Shown: positions 44,930-57,167 of the stretch, in pieces
Layout: the number at the start of each line of letters is the position of its first letter
How positions within the stretch are numbered: the first letter of the stretch is position 1
NCBI GenBank assembly: GCA_910587455.1
Contig: CAJULK010000008.1
Location: 19,929-83,928 of the forward strand
DNA: 64,000 bases
Direction of reading: 5' to 3'
Source: an uncultured Christensenellaceae bacterium
GTDB lineage: Bacteria; Bacillota; Clostridia; Christensenellales; Pumilibacteraceae
Notes under the pieces: model-generated
What the model saw: only the letters and a program-made list of their open reading frames with translations
Databases searched by the model: none
Told to the model about the DNA's origin: nothing
Made by a program: the position numbers and the translations under genes

Positions 44930-46735
44930 ATGGAAAGACAGAAAAATATCCGCAATTTTTGTATAATAGCGCATATAGATCACGGTAAATCTACTCTCGC
45001 GGACAGATTGATGGAAACTACAGCCACTCTGACTAAGCGTGAGCTGACAGACCAAATGTTAGACAGCATGGATATCGAGCGCGAACGCGGCATAACGATC
45101 AAACTTACGCCCGTGCGAATGGTATACGAGCACAACGGCGAACGGTATACGCTCAACCTAATCGACACGCCGGGACACGTCGATTTTACTTACGAAGTGT
45201 CGAGATCGCTCGCGGCATGCGAGGGCGCGGTGCTTGTCGTCGATTCGGCGCAGGGCGTCGAGGCTCAAACGCTTGCGAACGTGTATCTTGCGCTCGACAA
45301 CAATCTCGAAATAGTTCCCGTCATAAACAAGATAGATCTTCCCGCCGCCCGTCCCGAAGAAGTAAAAAAAGAGATAGAAGATATTATAGGGTTGCCTGCG
45401 GATGACGCACCTTGCATCTCCGCCAAAGAAGGATTGAATATAGACGATGTTCTGCGCGCTATAGTAGAACAAGTTCCTCCGCCTGACGGCAGCGAAAGCG
45501 CACCGCTTAAAGCGCTTATATTTGATTCGTATTACGATAATTACAAGGGTGCCGTATGTCTTATCCGAATTGTGGACGGATCGGTCAAGGTGGGTGACAA
45601 CGTTACTATGATGGCTAACGGCAAAAGTTACGACGTTACCGAAGTGGGTGTGTTCAGTCCGAAACCTCTTTCGACGGGCACGCTTTATGCCGGCGATGTC
45701 GGATATCTTTGCGCGTCGATAAAATCCATAGCCGATACAGCCCCGGGCGATACGATCACTTCTACTGCAAATCCTACGCCAACGCCGTGCCCCGGATACA
45801 AGAAAGTAAAGCCTGTCGTGTACTGCGGCATATATCCTGCCGACGGATCGAGATACGAGGACTTAAAAGACGCGCTCGAAAGATTGAAACTGAACGATGC
45901 GTCGCTGTTTTACGAGCCGGAAACTTCTACGGCGCTCGGATTCGGGTTCCGTTGCGGATTTCTCGGGCTTTTGCACATGGAGATTATAGAAGAGCGGTTG
46001 GAACGCGAATTCGATCTCGATATAATTACTACGGCGCCCGGCGTCGTTTACAAAGTTTATACGTCTAACGGCATGACGGAAGTAACAAACCCGTCCAATC
46101 TTCCGCCTGCAGCAACCATAGACAGAATGGAAGAGCCAGTAGTCAAGGCGTCTATATACACTCCGCCAGAATATATCGGACCGATCATGGATTTGTGTCA
46201 AGACAAGCGCGGAGAATATATAAATATGACTTATATCGAAAAAACCCGTGTTTTGCTCACATACACCATGCCGCTTAACGAAATAGTTTACGACTTTTTT
46301 GACGGACTCAAATCGCGTTCTCGCGGATACGCAAGTTTCGATTACGAGCAGGACGGATACCGCGCAAGCGATCTCGTCAAGCTCGACATAATGCTGAACG
46401 GAGAGATTTGCGACGCGCTCAGTATTATAGTTCACCGCGAAAAGGCATATTCCCGCGGAAGAGCTATGGCGGAAAAGTTAAAAGACGTGATACCGCGCAA
46501 ACTGTTCGAAATACCCATTCAGGCTGCGATCGGCGGCAAAGTTATCGCGCGCGAAACGATAAAGGCATTGAGAAAAGACGTGCTCGCAAAGTGTTACGGC
46601 GGCGACGTCACGAGAAAGAAGAAACTTTTGGAAAAACAGAAAGAGGGTAAAAAGCGGATGCGGCAGTTCGGAACTGTGGAGATTCCGTCCGAAGCGTTTA
46701 TGTCCGTTCTCAAACTCGACAGCGATAAAAAATGA
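44930..46735 (+). CDS. lepA: elongation factor 4
   Basis: [36 protein letters not shown]. Confidence 0.98.
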   Translation: MERQKNIRNFCIIAHIDHGKSTLADRLMETTATLTKRELTDQMLDSMDIERERGITIKLTPVRMVYEHNGERYTLNLIDTPGHVDFTYEVSRSLAACEGAVLVVDSAQGVEAQTLANVYLALDNNLEIVPVINKIDLPAARPEEVKKEIEDIIGLPADDAPCISAKEGLNIDDVLRAIVEQVPPPDGSESAPLKALIFDSYYDNYKGAVCLIRIVDGSVKVGDNVTMMANGKSYDVTEVGVFSPKPLSTGTLYAGDVGYLCASIKSIADTAPGDTITSTANPTPTPCPGYKKVKPVVYCGIYPADGSRYEDLKDALERLKLNDASLFYEPETSTALGFGFRCGFLGLLHMEIIEERLEREFDLDIITTAPGVVYKVYTSNGMTEVTNPSNLPPAATIDRMEEPVVKASIYTPPEYIGPIMDLCQDKRGEYINMTYIEKTRVLLTYTMPLNEIVYDFFDGLKSRSRGYASFDYEQDGYRASDLVKLDIMLNGEICDALSIIVHREKAYSRGRAMAEKLKDVIPRKLFEIPIQAAIGGKVIARETIKALRKDVLAKCYGGDVTRKKKLLEKQKEGKKRMRQFGTVEIPSEAFMSVLKLDSDKK

Positions 46736-47892
46736 CGAGTGCGCACAGCGATAAATTCAAACCGTGCGGAATATACGTTCATATTCCGTTTTGCAAAAGC
46801 AAGTGTAAATATTGCGCTTTCGTTTCTTCGCCCGATATGTCTTGCGAAGACGCTTACTTGCGAACTCTTATCGGCGAAATCGATTCGAGTGCGGATAAAC
46901 ACGCTGCGGTCGATTCGATTTATATAGGCGGCGGGACGCCGTCGTGCCTTGCGCGCGGCGAACTGTGTAAGATATTCGATTCTCTCGACGCGGCGTTCGA
47001 TATCGCCGATGACTGCGAAATAACCGTTGAAACCAACCCCGAAAGTTGCTCTGACGGATTTATTTCGGAGTGTTTGGATTGCGGCGTCAACAGGGTAAGT
47101 ATGGGACTTCAATCGTCTGACGATTCGGTCTTGAAGGCGATCGGACGTATTCATGATTTTTCAGACTTCGTCGCGGCTGCGGAAAGATTATGCCAGAAAT
47201 TCGATAACGTTTCGTCCGATCTGATACTCGGGCTGCCCGAACAGGGCATGCGCGACGTCGAAAAATCGATAGACGTATTCTCTCGGTATTGCTCGCATGC
47301 TTCCGTGTATGCTCTTACGGTGGAAAACGGTACGCCGCTTGCTTTGTGCGGCTATAAAGCAAACGACGACGCAGTTGCCGATCTTTATGATCGTGCTTGC
47401 GAAAAACTCAAAGTAGCGGGATTCTGTCGGTACGAAGTGAGCAATTTCGCACGTCGCGGCAGAGAAAGCCGACACAATAAAAAATATTGGGAGTGCGAAA
47501 AGTATATCGGCTTAGGCGTCGCGGCACACGGCTATGACGGAATGTGCACCCGTTACAGACATTCCGATAATATTGCCGAATATATTGCGAATCCGAGCGT
47601 CACGGCAACGCAGCTCGACGCGGCGGATCTTTATAACGAATACGTAATGCTGCGTCTTCGGACCGAAAAGGGTATCGAGCTCGATACGTTTCGAAAGCGT
47701 TTCGGCTATCCGTTTGCCGCCGTCAACGGAAATTCGGACAAACTCAAACGCATGGAAGCGGACGGACTTATCATATGCGACGGCGGGTCGGTAAGGATAT
47801 CTCCTCGGTATATGTTCGTCATGAACGGTATAATAGAGGAGCTCATGCTCGACCGTGAAACGGATATGCAAATAATTGCGGAGGATTGCTAA
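46732..47892 (+). CDS. hemW: radical SAM heme chaperone HemW
   Basis: [32 protein letters not shown]; follows lepA. Confidence 0.92.
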   Translation: MTSAHSDKFKPCGIYVHIPFCKSKCKYCAFVSSPDMSCEDAYLRTLIGEIDSSADKHAAVDSIYIGGGTPSCLARGELCKIFDSLDAAFDIADDCEITVETNPESCSDGFISECLDCGVNRVSMGLQSSDDSVLKAIGRIHDFSDFVAAAERLCQKFDNVSSDLILGLPEQGMRDVEKSIDVFSRYCSHASVYALTVENGTPLALCGYKANDDAVADLYDRACEKLKVAGFCRYEVSNFARRGRESRHNKKYWECEKYIGLGVAAHGYDGMCTRYRHSDNIAEYIANPSVTATQLDAADLYNEYVMLRLRTEKGIELDTFRKRFGYPFAAVNGNSDKLKRMEADGLIICDGGSVRISPRYMFVMNGIIEELMLDRETDMQIIAEDC

Positions 47893-48461
47893 TGAGACAA
47901 AAGACTTATACGTATATACCCGTTGCGCGGTTCGACATGCTCGATCCCAAGTATAAGCTGTTGCACAAAATGAACGTCTTTGCGCTCGTGTCCGTAATAG
48001 TCGGATCGCTGATCGGGATAACGATCAACTTCGGTGTGAGAATGTCCGAAATCGTCGCGGGAATGTATGTGGTATACATAGTTTGCGGAGTGGTATGCGG
48101 CGTGTTGTATCCGTACTTACACGAAATAGCCCACGCGGCAGCCATTCTTTTTGTAAAGGGCAGAATAGCCGAAATCAAATTCGGCAAACTTGCGGCAAGC
48201 TGCGGCGCGCCCGATATTACGTTCGGAAAAGCTCAATATTTTTTTGTCGCCGTTTTTCCTTTTATTTTCTTCTGTTTGGCGTTGACACCGTTGTGTATTT
48301 TATTGCCTCCCGTCTATTTCCCGTTGCCGTATATACCTTTGATGTATAATATTTTCGGCTCCGTTGCCGATTTCTATATGATACGCTACGCAATGCGCAC
48401 GCCCAAACGCAGCATCGTAATAGATTGCGGTACCGAAGTGAGTATTTTTATGCCGAAATAA
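47892..48461 (+). CDS. membrane protein with HExxH motif (DUF3267-like putative metalloprotease)
   Basis: LHEIAH after two TM segments; GSVADF motif. Confidence 0.7.
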   Translation: MRQKTYTYIPVARFDMLDPKYKLLHKMNVFALVSVIVGSLIGITINFGVRMSEIVAGMYVVYIVCGVVCGVLYPYLHEIAHAAAILFVKGRIAEIKFGKLAASCGAPDITFGKAQYFFVAVFPFIFFCLALTPLCILLPPVYFPLPYIPLMYNIFGSVADFYMIRYAMRTPKRSIVIDCGTEVSIFMPK

Positions 48462-48578
48462 GTCGAACCGGCAAATCCTTGTTTAATATTATTTTGTAAC
48501 TAATCCCATATATTGTGGATAGTAAATGACTTTAATCCTTTTTTTGGAAAAAGTTAGTGAAAATAAGATATAAAACGA

Positions 48579-48607
48579 TTGACAAAATGTGTTGTGTGTG
48601 ATAAAAT
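48579..48607 (+). promoter_or_regulatory. sigma-A promoter of the hrcA-dnaK operon
   Basis: TTGACA-17-TAAAAT with TG extension. Confidence 0.85.
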
Positions 48608-48611
48608 CTTT

Positions 48612-48638
48612 TTAGCAGTCGCAAAGAACGATTGCTAA
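48612..48638 (+). promoter_or_regulatory. CIRCE element (HrcA operator)
   Basis: TTAGCAGTC-N9-GATTGCTAA versus consensus TTAGCACTC-N9-GAGTGCTAA, directly upstream of hrcA. Confidence 0.92.
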
Positions 48639-48664
48639 AAAGTGCGACAGGTACAGAAGTCGAA

Positions 48665-49735
48665 ATGGGATTGACCGGAAGAAAAGAAAAGATTCTTCAA
48701 GCAATAGTTGACGGCTATATAGAAAACTGTCAACCCGTTTCGAGTTCGGAGATCAAAGAAAAGCATTTGCCCGCGCTTTCGTCCGCTACGATACGCAACG
48801 AAATGGCGGCGCTCGAGGCTATGGGTTATCTCGTTCAGCCGCACACGTCGTCGGGAAGAATACCTACGGCGGATGCGTATCGGCTGTATGTCGAAAAGCT
48901 CATGCCGCGGCGAAAACTGTCCCGGTCGGAACTCAAGATCGTCAAACGGTACTTTAACAAAAAGATAACCGAGATCGACGACATGCTCAAAAGCACTGCG
49001 AAGGTCATTTCGGAAATTACCAATCTTACGTCTGTCGCATATGTGCAGAATACGCGCGAAGCAACGGTCACGAATATCAAGATCGTGCGGATCACCGATT
49101 CGACTGCGCTTATAATAATCGTGACAGATCTCGGCGTGCTCAAAGATACAACGGTGAATATCGGCGAAGGAGTTACGGACGAATATTGCGACGACGCTTC
49201 GAGATTTGTTACAAGCGTGTTCGGCGGGCATAAAATTTGCGAGATAAACAAACCCAAATCGATCATTAAGCAGGTCAAGCGCGAGTATGTAAGAGTTTTC
49301 GATACGGTTCTTAAAATATTCAAGAACTACTCGCATGACGAAATGATGTCCGATATCGTGCTTGAGGGCAGCTCTAAAATACTCGAACAACCGGAGTACG
49401 CAAATCTGCAAAAGGCGAAAGCCATGCTCGAATTTTTGGATGCAAAAGAGGAACTCGTTCCGGTGCTTCAAAATTCGGACGACATGAACATTTCGATCAA
49501 AATAGGAAAGGATAACGAATTGGGCGAAGGAATGCCCGAGTGCGCCATCGTCACCGCCAGCTACAATATAAACGGCTTGACCGTAGGCAATGCGGGCGTT
49601 ATCGGACCGATTCGTATGGATTATTCGAAAGTAGTTTCCGTTTTGGATTATTTGTCAAAGACAGTTCAAATGCTGCCGGCAGGCGAGAGTGCCGCGAGCG
49701 GCAAGGACGACGAGTCGGACGAGGAATCTGAATAA
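48665..49735 (+). CDS. hrcA: heat-inducible transcription repressor
   Basis: SSATIRNEM, QPHTSSGRIPT, GVIGPIRMDY. Confidence 0.97.
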   Translation: MGLTGRKEKILQAIVDGYIENCQPVSSSEIKEKHLPALSSATIRNEMAALEAMGYLVQPHTSSGRIPTADAYRLYVEKLMPRRKLSRSELKIVKRYFNKKITEIDDMLKSTAKVISEITNLTSVAYVQNTREATVTNIKIVRITDSTALIIIVTDLGVLKDTTVNIGEGVTDEYCDDASRFVTSVFGGHKICEINKPKSIIKQVKREYVRVFDTVLKIFKNYSHDEMMSDIVLEGSSKILEQPEYANLQKAKAMLEFLDAKEELVPVLQNSDDMNISIKIGKDNELGEGMPECAIVTASYNINGLTVGNAGVIGPIRMDYSKVVSVLDYLSKTVQMLPAGESAASGKDDESDEESE

Positions 49736-49771
49736 CAAAAAATATCGGCAAAAATTTGTGCGGAGGATATA

Positions 49772-50329
49772 ATGGACGATAAAACAAGAGAGCGTACCCG
49801 CGAACTGCCCGTAGTAGAGATGCAGCAAGAGGAATATAAAGCGCTTCAGAATCAGATTGCTACCGTTTCGCAGCAGCTAAGCATTGCGCAAGCGATAGCG
49901 GTAAAAGAAAAGGCGCGCTCGGAAGAGCTCTCCAACTTGGTCAACCGCATGCAGGCTGACTTCGACAATTACCGCAAACGTGTAAACGAAGGCAATAAAA
50001 AACTTAAAGAAGACGGCGTTTGCGCAGTGCTCGAAAAGTTTATTCCCGAACTCGACGTCTTGAAGCAAGCGATACAGTCCATACCGGACGAGAAAGTCGC
50101 GGAAGGCGTCAAAATGATATACCGTCAGATTCTCGACATACTTACACAGTTCGGCGTGGAAGAAATTCCCGCGCTCGGCGAACAATTCGATCCCAATCTT
50201 CACAATGCGGTAATGCAGGTAAAAACTTCCGACCCGACAAAAGTCAATATGGTCGTTGAAGTATTCAACAAAGGCTATAAATTGGGCGACCGCATATTGC
50301 GTCACAGCATAGTAAAAGTCGCCAATTAG
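49772..50329 (+). CDS. grpE: nucleotide exchange factor GrpE
   Basis: ADFDNYRKR, FDPNLHNAV, KGYKLGDRILR. Confidence 0.96.
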   Translation: MDDKTRERTRELPVVEMQQEEYKALQNQIATVSQQLSIAQAIAVKEKARSEELSNLVNRMQADFDNYRKRVNEGNKKLKEDGVCAVLEKFIPELDVLKQAIQSIPDEKVAEGVKMIYRQILDILTQFGVEEIPALGEQFDPNLHNAVMQVKTSDPTKVNMVVEVFNKGYKLGDRILRHSIVKVAN

Positions 50330-50368
50330 AGCATATTAATCAAAAAACATATCTGGAGGATTTATTTT

Positions 50369-52174
50369 ATGGGTAAAATCATCGGTATCGACTTAGGTAC
50401 TACAAACTCGTGCGTTGCCGTTCTCGAAGGCGGTGAGCCTGTAGTTATTCCCAATGCGGAAGGCTCGCGTACGACTCCGTCCGTCGTAGGCTTTGCCAAA
50501 GACGGAGAGCGTCTTGTCGGACAGGTCGCAAAACGTCAAGCGGTAGCAAACCCCGATCGCACGATCATATCGATCAAACGCGATATGGGAACTTCCAAAA
50601 AGGTTAACATCGACAGAAAGGACTATTCGCCGCAAGAGATTTCGGCAATGATATTGACCAAACTCAAACAGGACGCCGAAGCATATCTCGGCGAAACCGT
50701 TTCGCAGGCGGTCATCACTGTTCCCGCATACTTTAACGACTCGCAGCGTCAGGCGACGAAAGACGCCGGCCGTATCGCGGGTCTCGACGTTCTCCGCATA
50801 ATCAACGAGCCTACGGCTGCGGCGCTTGCATACGGTCTCGACAAGGGTCAGAATTCCAGCCAGAAAATATTTATCTTCGACCTCGGCGGCGGTACGTTCG
50901 ATATTTCCATCCTCGAAATAGGCGACGGCGTATTCGAAGTTATAGCTACCTCAGGCGATACGCATCTCGGAGGCGATGACTTCGACCAAGTCATTATCGA
51001 TTATCTCGTTCAGCAGTTTAAGAACGATCAGGGTATCGACCTCAGCAAAGACCGTATGGCTATGCAGCGCCTTAAAGAAGCTGCCGAAAAAGCCAAGATC
51101 GATCTTTCGGGCACGCAAAAAACCACGGTAAGCCTTCCGTTCATTACGTCCAACGCCAACGGACCGCTTCACCTCGAATACGAGATTACGCGCGCCAAGT
51201 TCGAAGCGCTTTCTCAAAAACTTATTGATCGCACGATCGAGCTTACCAAAAAAGCAATGGCCGACGCCGGTTACGGCAACAACGATATAGACAAGGTCAT
51301 AATGGTCGGCGGTTCGACCCGTATCCCCGCGGTTGTGGAAGCGGTTCGCAAGCTGTCCGGCAAAGAACCGTTCAAGGGCATTAACCCCGACGAATGTGTT
51401 GCGATAGGCGCGTCCATTCAGGGCGGCGTTCTCGCGGGCGAAGTCAAAGACGTTTTGCTTCTCGACGTTACGCCGTTGTCGCTCGGTATCGAAACCGTCG
51501 GCGGTATCTTCACAAAACTTATTCCGAGAAACACCACGATCCCTACCAAAAAGTCGCAGGTGTTCTCGACGGCAACGGACAATCAGCCGTCCGTCGATAT
51601 TCACGTATTGCAGGGCGAGCGTGAGATCGCGGCGCATAACAAAACGCTTGCGCGTTTCGAGCTCGGCGGAATCCCGCCCGCACCTCGCGGCGTTCCTCAA
51701 ATCGAAGTTTCGTTCGACATCGACGCCAACGGTATAGTTCATGTTTCGGCAAAGGATAAGGGCACGGGCAAAGAACAGCGCGTTACCGTCACCGCTTCCA
51801 CCAATCTTACCGAAGCTCAGATCCAACAGGCGATCAAAGACGCCGAAAAATTTGCGGACGAAGACGCAAAGCGCAAAGAAGTTGTCGATGCGAAGAATCA
51901 GGCGGATATGCTTGTATTCTCTATAGAGAAGTTCTTGCGCGAAAACGGCGATACGATTACCGAGGACGACAAGACCGAGCTTAACAAAGAAATGGCGAAT
52001 GTAAGGGAAGTATTGAAAACGGAAGATATCGAAGCTATCCGCGACGCTGTCGAAACGCTTCAGAAACTTTCCAACAACATATTCTCCAAACTCTACGAAA
52101 ACGGCAATGCCGCGCCTCAGGACGACGTCGTAGTGGAAAATGCGGAAGAAGTTCCGCCCGAGGACGTTAACTGA
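50369..52174 (+). CDS. dnaK: chaperone DnaK
   Basis: [24 protein letters not shown]. Confidence 0.99.
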   Translation: MGKIIGIDLGTTNSCVAVLEGGEPVVIPNAEGSRTTPSVVGFAKDGERLVGQVAKRQAVANPDRTIISIKRDMGTSKKVNIDRKDYSPQEISAMILTKLKQDAEAYLGETVSQAVITVPAYFNDSQRQATKDAGRIAGLDVLRIINEPTAAALAYGLDKGQNSSQKIFIFDLGGGTFDISILEIGDGVFEVIATSGDTHLGGDDFDQVIIDYLVQQFKNDQGIDLSKDRMAMQRLKEAAEKAKIDLSGTQKTTVSLPFITSNANGPLHLEYEITRAKFEALSQKLIDRTIELTKKAMADAGYGNNDIDKVIMVGGSTRIPAVVEAVRKLSGKEPFKGINPDECVAIGASIQGGVLAGEVKDVLLLDVTPLSLGIETVGGIFTKLIPRNTTIPTKKSQVFSTATDNQPSVDIHVLQGEREIAAHNKTLARFELGGIPPAPRGVPQIEVSFDIDANGIVHVSAKDKGTGKEQRVTVTASTNLTEAQIQQAIKDAEKFADEDAKRKEVVDAKNQADMLVFSIEKFLRENGDTITEDDKTELNKEMANVREVLKTEDIEAIRDAVETLQKLSNNIFSKLYENGNAAPQDDVVVENAEEVPPEDVN

Positions 52175-52230
52175 AATTTACGGCGTTAGGTCGATTAGTT
52201 GCGCTCCGAGCGAGCGTGGAGTAAAAATCT

Positions 52231-53322
52231 ATGGCAAATAATTATTACGAAACATTGGGTGTATCGAAAGGCGCTTCGGATGACGAGCTTAAAAGCGCCT
52301 TTCGAAAGCTCGCGCGTCAGTATCATCCCGATTTACATCCCGGCGATGAAGCTGCCGCAAATAAATTCAAAGAGGTCAACGAGGCATACGAAACTCTGTC
52401 CGATCCGCAAAAGCGCGCCGAATACGACGCAATGCAAGCGGGCGGAGGCGCTCATGCGGGTGCCGGCGGCGGTCAAGGCGGAAGAGGCAACAGCTTTTTC
52501 GACGAATTCGTCAACATGTTCAACGACGACCGCTACGGCGGAAAATCGCAGAGCAGCGGCGGCGACATAAGTCTTAATGTTACGCTTTCTTTTGAGGAGG
52601 CGGCATACGGTACGCAAAAGGAAATAGCCGTAAACAGATTCGAGCCGTGCTCGGGCTGTCGCGGAACGGGTGCCAAAAACGGTACGCAATTCGTCAAATG
52701 TACAAATTGCGGCGGAACGGGCAAAGTTCGTTACGCGCAGGAAACGCCGTTCGGCAGAGTTGTAAGCATGAAGCCGTGTAACGTTTGCGGAGGCAGCGGC
52801 AGAATTATAAAAGAACCCTGTCCCATTTGTTCGGGCAGAGGCTCTATGCGCAAAAATTCCAATCTGCGCATAACGTTCCCGCCTGGTGTGGAGCCGAATC
52901 AGATAATGACGATACCCGGCGAGGGCGAGCGTACGCGTACGGGAACCAAAGCGGGCAATCTTATTTTGACTATTACGGTGCTTCCGCATAAGATGTTCCG
53001 CAGAAAAGGGCTCGATCTTTTGGTGGATATCCCCGTTACGTTCACGCAAGCGCTGCTCGGCGATAAAGTGCTTGTGCCTACGCTCCGCGGTAATAAAATA
53101 GCGTTTCCTCTGCCCGAGGGTGCGCAAAGCGGTATGACTTTCAAATTGAAAGAACAGGGTATAGAAAACCCCAAAAAGCAGATAAAGGGCGATCTTCTCG
53201 TCACTATAGATATCGAGCTGCCTCGCGCTCTCACGAAAGAGCAAAAGCATAAAATACACGAGCTGCACGACAGCTTCAAGCCCGAACAGTACGACAAAGC
53301 TCGTGAGTTCATGAAAAAATAG
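52231..53322 (+). CDS. dnaJ: chaperone DnaJ
   Basis: HPD J-domain, four CxxCxGxG repeats. Confidence 0.97.
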   Translation: MANNYYETLGVSKGASDDELKSAFRKLARQYHPDLHPGDEAAANKFKEVNEAYETLSDPQKRAEYDAMQAGGGAHAGAGGGQGGRGNSFFDEFVNMFNDDRYGGKSQSSGGDISLNVTLSFEEAAYGTQKEIAVNRFEPCSGCRGTGAKNGTQFVKCTNCGGTGKVRYAQETPFGRVVSMKPCNVCGGSGRIIKEPCPICSGRGSMRKNSNLRITFPPGVEPNQIMTIPGEGERTRTGTKAGNLILTITVLPHKMFRRKGLDLLVDIPVTFTQALLGDKVLVPTLRGNKIAFPLPEGAQSGMTFKLKEQGIENPKKQIKGDLLVTIDIELPRALTKEQKHKIHELHDSFKPEQYDKAREFMKK

Positions 53323-53336
53323 TAGTTTCAAGCAAG

Positions 53337-53366
53337 GAACCGCCGAAAATCATCGGCGGTTATTTG
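53337..53366 (+). terminator. intrinsic terminator after dnaJ
   Basis: AACCGCCGA/TCGGCGGTT stem with short T tail. Confidence 0.7.
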
Positions 53367-53402
53367 CGCTTTACATTATATAAAAACATTCAGGAGTATT
53401 AA

Positions 53403-54590
53403 ATGAAAGTTCTTGTAATCAATGCGGGGAGTTCCTCGCTGAAATATCAGCTTATCGAAATGGATACCGAGGCCGTTCTCGCAAAAGGTGTTTGCGATCG
53501 TATCGGTATCGACGGAGTGCTTACGCACAGCGGTAAAGATTCGGTCAAACTTAATTTGCCGATGCCTACTCATAAGGAAGCTATCAAATACGTGCTCGAA
53601 GCGCTTGTCGATCCCGAGCACGGGGTCATTTCGTCGATGAACGAAATAGCCGCGGTCGGTCACCGCGTGGTCCATTCGGGTGAAGATTTTACCGATTCGG
53701 TGCTCGTTACATCAGACTCGCTAAAAAAGATAGAAGCAAACGAAGATCTCGCCCCGCTTCATAATCCGCCCAATGTCTTGGGTATTAAGGCTTGCCGCGA
53801 AGTTATGCCGAATGCGCCCATGGTAGTGGTTTTCGATACTACGTTCCATTCCACAATGCCCGAATATGCGTATATGTACGGCATAAACTATGACGATTAC
53901 AAAAAATATAAAGTTAGAAAATACGGCTTCCACGGTACGAGCCACGCCTATGTGTCGGGCAGAGCTTCCGCACTTATGGGCACCGATAAAATAAAGACCG
54001 TAGTGTGTCATCTCGGCAACGGCGCGAGCATAAGCGCGGTAAAGAACGGCAAATGCGTCGATACGTCCATGGGTTTGACACCGCTCGAGGGGCTCGTTAT
54101 GGGAACACGTTGCGGCGATATCGACGCGGCGGTCGTGGAATACCTGATGAACAAGAAGGGTATCGACGTGCATCAGATGTCTAAATATCTCAACAAAGAT
54201 TGCGGCGTTTTGGGCGTCAGCGGAGTGAGTTCGGATTTCCGCGATCTCGAAAAGGCAGTGAAAGCCGGTAACGAAAGAGCCAAACTCGCCATGGACATGT
54301 TCTCTTACCGTGTTAAAAAATACGTCGGGTCGTATGCCGCAGCCATGGGCGGCTTGGACTGTTTGGTGTTTACCGGCGGTATCGGAGAGCATACCGAGGC
54401 AGTGCGCAGTGCCGTATGCGCCGATATGGAGTATATGGGATTGAAGCTCGACGAAAAGAAAAATATCGAGCCTCCGCGCGACACGGAAGTTGAGATCGGC
54501 GCAAAAAATTCCAAGGTCAGAATATTTATCATTCCGACTAACGAAGAATTGTATATCGCGCGCGAAACGATGAAGCATAAAGACGATTGA
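53403..54590 (+). CDS. ackA: acetate kinase
   Basis: INAGSSSLK, GHRVVH, APLHN, YGFHGTSH, FTGGIGE, PTNEE. Confidence 0.98.
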   Translation: MKVLVINAGSSSLKYQLIEMDTEAVLAKGVCDRIGIDGVLTHSGKDSVKLNLPMPTHKEAIKYVLEALVDPEHGVISSMNEIAAVGHRVVHSGEDFTDSVLVTSDSLKKIEANEDLAPLHNPPNVLGIKACREVMPNAPMVVVFDTTFHSTMPEYAYMYGINYDDYKKYKVRKYGFHGTSHAYVSGRASALMGTDKIKTVVCHLGNGASISAVKNGKCVDTSMGLTPLEGLVMGTRCGDIDAAVVEYLMNKKGIDVHQMSKYLNKDCGVLGVSGVSSDFRDLEKAVKAGNERAKLAMDMFSYRVKKYVGSYAAAMGGLDCLVFTGGIGEHTEAVRSAVCADMEYMGLKLDEKKNIEPPRDTEVEIGAKNSKVRIFIIPTNEELYIARETMKHKDD

Positions 54591-55330
54591 AACGCGAAAT
54601 TATAAAAGAATTTATTAGCGCGCTGTATCCGGACGATATTAAGTGCATTGTTTGCGGCAGAGAAATACATCCCAACAGATACGGTTTGTGCGATAAATGC
54701 AAGCTCGAACAAAACGATAATTATTGCATCCGCTGCGGAAGGCATAAGGTCGGCATAGGCGACTATTGCGGAGAATGTTCGCATAGCGTCATGTATTTCG
54801 ACGAGGCGCGCTCGTGTGTCAATTATGACGGCGAAGCCAAGAATATTATACGTCGGCTCAAATACGGTAACGCGCGATATCTTGTGAATACGATAACGGA
54901 ATTTATGCTCGATACGCTTATTGCCGCGTCGTGGGATTTCGATTGTTTTACGTTCGTACCTATGCATAAAAAGAGACTTCGGGAACGTGGGTATAACCAA
55001 GCGGAACTTATTGCAAAAGAGCTAGCTTCGCATACTACTACGCCGTGCAGGGCAATACTCGAAAAAACACGTGCAACGATCAATCAGGCGCGCCTGAGCC
55101 GTGATGAACGCATGAAAAATTTGTCCGGCGTTTTTGCGGTTACGGAAAAGCCTCCCGAGCATGTGCTGATCATAGACGATGTTATGACCACCGGTTCGAC
55201 GGTCAACGAATGTGCGCGCGTATTAAAACGCGGCGGGGCGAGCGTAGTGTATGTATTGACTTTTGCGTCCGTACCGGAGCGTCCGGCGAAAGACGGTAGT
55301 GAGCAAAATATAAAGAATTTTCGCAGATAA
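54587..55330 (+). CDS. comF: ComF family protein
   Basis: N-terminal zinc ribbons, RGYNQA, IDDVMTTGST. Confidence 0.92.
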   Translation: MKREIIKEFISALYPDDIKCIVCGREIHPNRYGLCDKCKLEQNDNYCIRCGRHKVGIGDYCGECSHSVMYFDEARSCVNYDGEAKNIIRRLKYGNARYLVNTITEFMLDTLIAASWDFDCFTFVPMHKKRLRERGYNQAELIAKELASHTTTPCRAILEKTRATINQARLSRDERMKNLSGVFAVTEKPPEHVLIIDDVMTTGSTVNECARVLKRGGASVVYVLTFASVPERPAKDGSEQNIKNFRR

Positions 55331-55477
55331 ATAACTTGACTATTAAGCGCGAAAGTGTTAATATATAATCGTAAAGACATCGTTGAGGAAATATTCGAAC
55401 CGATGGCTTCACGTAAAAAATACGTTTTCGTCCGTTGCGGACGGTGACATATTATAAAATATCATAAGGAGGATGTT

Positions 55478-57058
55478 ATGACCATACTTTCAAGTGTGGA
55501 GATTGTTTTGTACACGATTTTGCCGATCGTCGGATTATTGGTCGGCGCTGTCGTAGGTATATTTGCATTCGGCGCAATACAGAAGAAAAAACTCGGCGAC
55601 GCAAAGCAGACAGCCAACAAAATGGTCGAAGACGCAGTAAACGAAGTAAAAGAAATGCGCAAGAATGCCGCGCGTGAATCCAAAGAAGAACTGGCAAAAG
55701 AACGCAGCGAAATGGAAAAAGAGCTGCGTGATAAGCAAGCGAATCTGTCGCGTTCCGAACAGCGCATTATGCAACGCGAAGAGAATCTCGATAAAAAGGA
55801 GCAGTCGCTTGATAAAAAAGCCGACGAGCTCGAGCAGCAAAAGAACTCGCTCGCGCAAAAACATGCCGAGGCGGACAAGCTGAAAGCCGAGTTGGATAAA
55901 GCCAACAGCAAGATTCTTGACGAAATACAGCATGTTGCAGGCATGACAAAAGACGAAGCTAAATCGCAGCTTATCGAAGCGATACGCGACGAAGCTAAAC
56001 ACGACGCCGCTAAAATGGTCAGAGAGATCGATGCGGAAGCAAAGGAAGAGGCGGATAAAAAAGCGCAGAAGATAGTCGCGCTTGCCGTTCAGCGTTGTGC
56101 CGTCGATCATAGTGCCGAAATAACCGTGTCTACGGTTGCGCTTCCAAACGACGAAATGAAAGGCCGTATCATCGGCCGCGAGGGTAGAAATATCCGCGCG
56201 CTCGAGACCGCTACGGGCTGCGATCTTATCATAGACGATACGCCCGAAGCCGTCGTGCTCTCATGCTTTGATCCTATCCGCAGAGAGATCGCGCGCATTG
56301 CGCTCGAAAAACTTATAAGCGACGGACGTATTCATCCCGGTCGTATAGAAGATCTCGTAGAAAAGGCAAAGAAGGAAGTCGACGTAAAAGTCAAGGAAGC
56401 GGGCGAGAACGCCATGTACGAAACGGGCGTTTTCGGGCTCAATCCCGAGCTTGTTCGTATACTCGGTCGTTTGCGTTTCCGTACGAGTTACGGACAGAAT
56501 GTGTTGCGCCATTCGATCGAAACATCCAATCTTGCCGGAATAATGGCTGCGGAACTCGGCGCAAACGTCGCGCTGTGCAAACGTGCGGGACTTTTGCACG
56601 ATATAGGTAAAGCGCTCGATCACGAGATAGACGGCACGCATGTTTCCATCGGTGTAGACGTTGCAAAAAAGTACAAAGAAAATCCCGCCGTTATACATTG
56701 CATAGCGGCGCACCACAACGATATAGAGCCGGAAACGATAGAAGCGGTTATCGTTCAGTGTTCGGACGCAATATCGGGCGCACGTCCCGGCGCGCGCCGC
56801 GAATCGCTCGACAACTATGTCAAGCGTCTCGAAAAGCTCGAGGAGATCGCAAACGGCTACGAGGGCGTGGAAAAGGCATTCGCCGTTCAGGCGGGACGCG
56901 AAGTGCGTATAATCGTTAAACCCGAAGTGATAGACGACGTTAAAGCTATGTTCATGTCAAAGGAAATCGCAAAACAGATCGAACAGGATATGCAGTATCC
57001 CGGTCAGATAAAAGTAAACGTCATCCGCGAAACACGCGCCGTCGAGTACGCAAAATAA
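55478..57058 (+). CDS. rny: ribonuclease Y
   Basis: N-terminal TM and coiled coil, [15 protein letters not shown] domain, LLHDIGK HD domain. Confidence 0.98.
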   Translation: MTILSSVEIVLYTILPIVGLLVGAVVGIFAFGAIQKKKLGDAKQTANKMVEDAVNEVKEMRKNAARESKEELAKERSEMEKELRDKQANLSRSEQRIMQREENLDKKEQSLDKKADELEQQKNSLAQKHAEADKLKAELDKANSKILDEIQHVAGMTKDEAKSQLIEAIRDEAKHDAAKMVREIDAEAKEEADKKAQKIVALAVQRCAVDHSAEITVSTVALPNDEMKGRIIGREGRNIRALETATGCDLIIDDTPEAVVLSCFDPIRREIARIALEKLISDGRIHPGRIEDLVEKAKKEVDVKVKEAGENAMYETGVFGLNPELVRILGRLRFRTSYGQNVLRHSIETSNLAGIMAAELGANVALCKRAGLLHDIGKALDHEIDGTHVSIGVDVAKKYKENPAVIHCIAAHHNDIEPETIEAVIVQCSDAISGARPGARRESLDNYVKRLEKLEEIANGYEGVEKAFAVQAGREVRIIVKPEVIDDVKAMFMSKEIAKQIEQDMQYPGQIKVNVIRETRAVEYAK

Positions 57059-57069
57059 GAGTATAGTCA

Positions 57070-57104
57070 AAACAGCTCGCTAAGAATAAGCGGGCTGTTT
57101 TTTT
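57070..57104 (+). terminator. intrinsic terminator after rny
   Basis: AACAGCTCGCT/AGCGGGCTGTT stem followed by a T-run. Confidence 0.85.
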
Positions 57105-57167
57105 GTGCGCACATGCAAATTTACTTAATCTGTTGCAATTTGCGTAAGAACATGATATAATGATCAT

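Noticed and set aside
50951..53331. Long antisense ORFs opposite dnaK and dnaJ (and opposite atpD, ackA, fmt, clpC and the P-type ATPase)
   Set aside because: Shadow ORFs produced by codon bias of the sense genes; no motifs or SD sequences.
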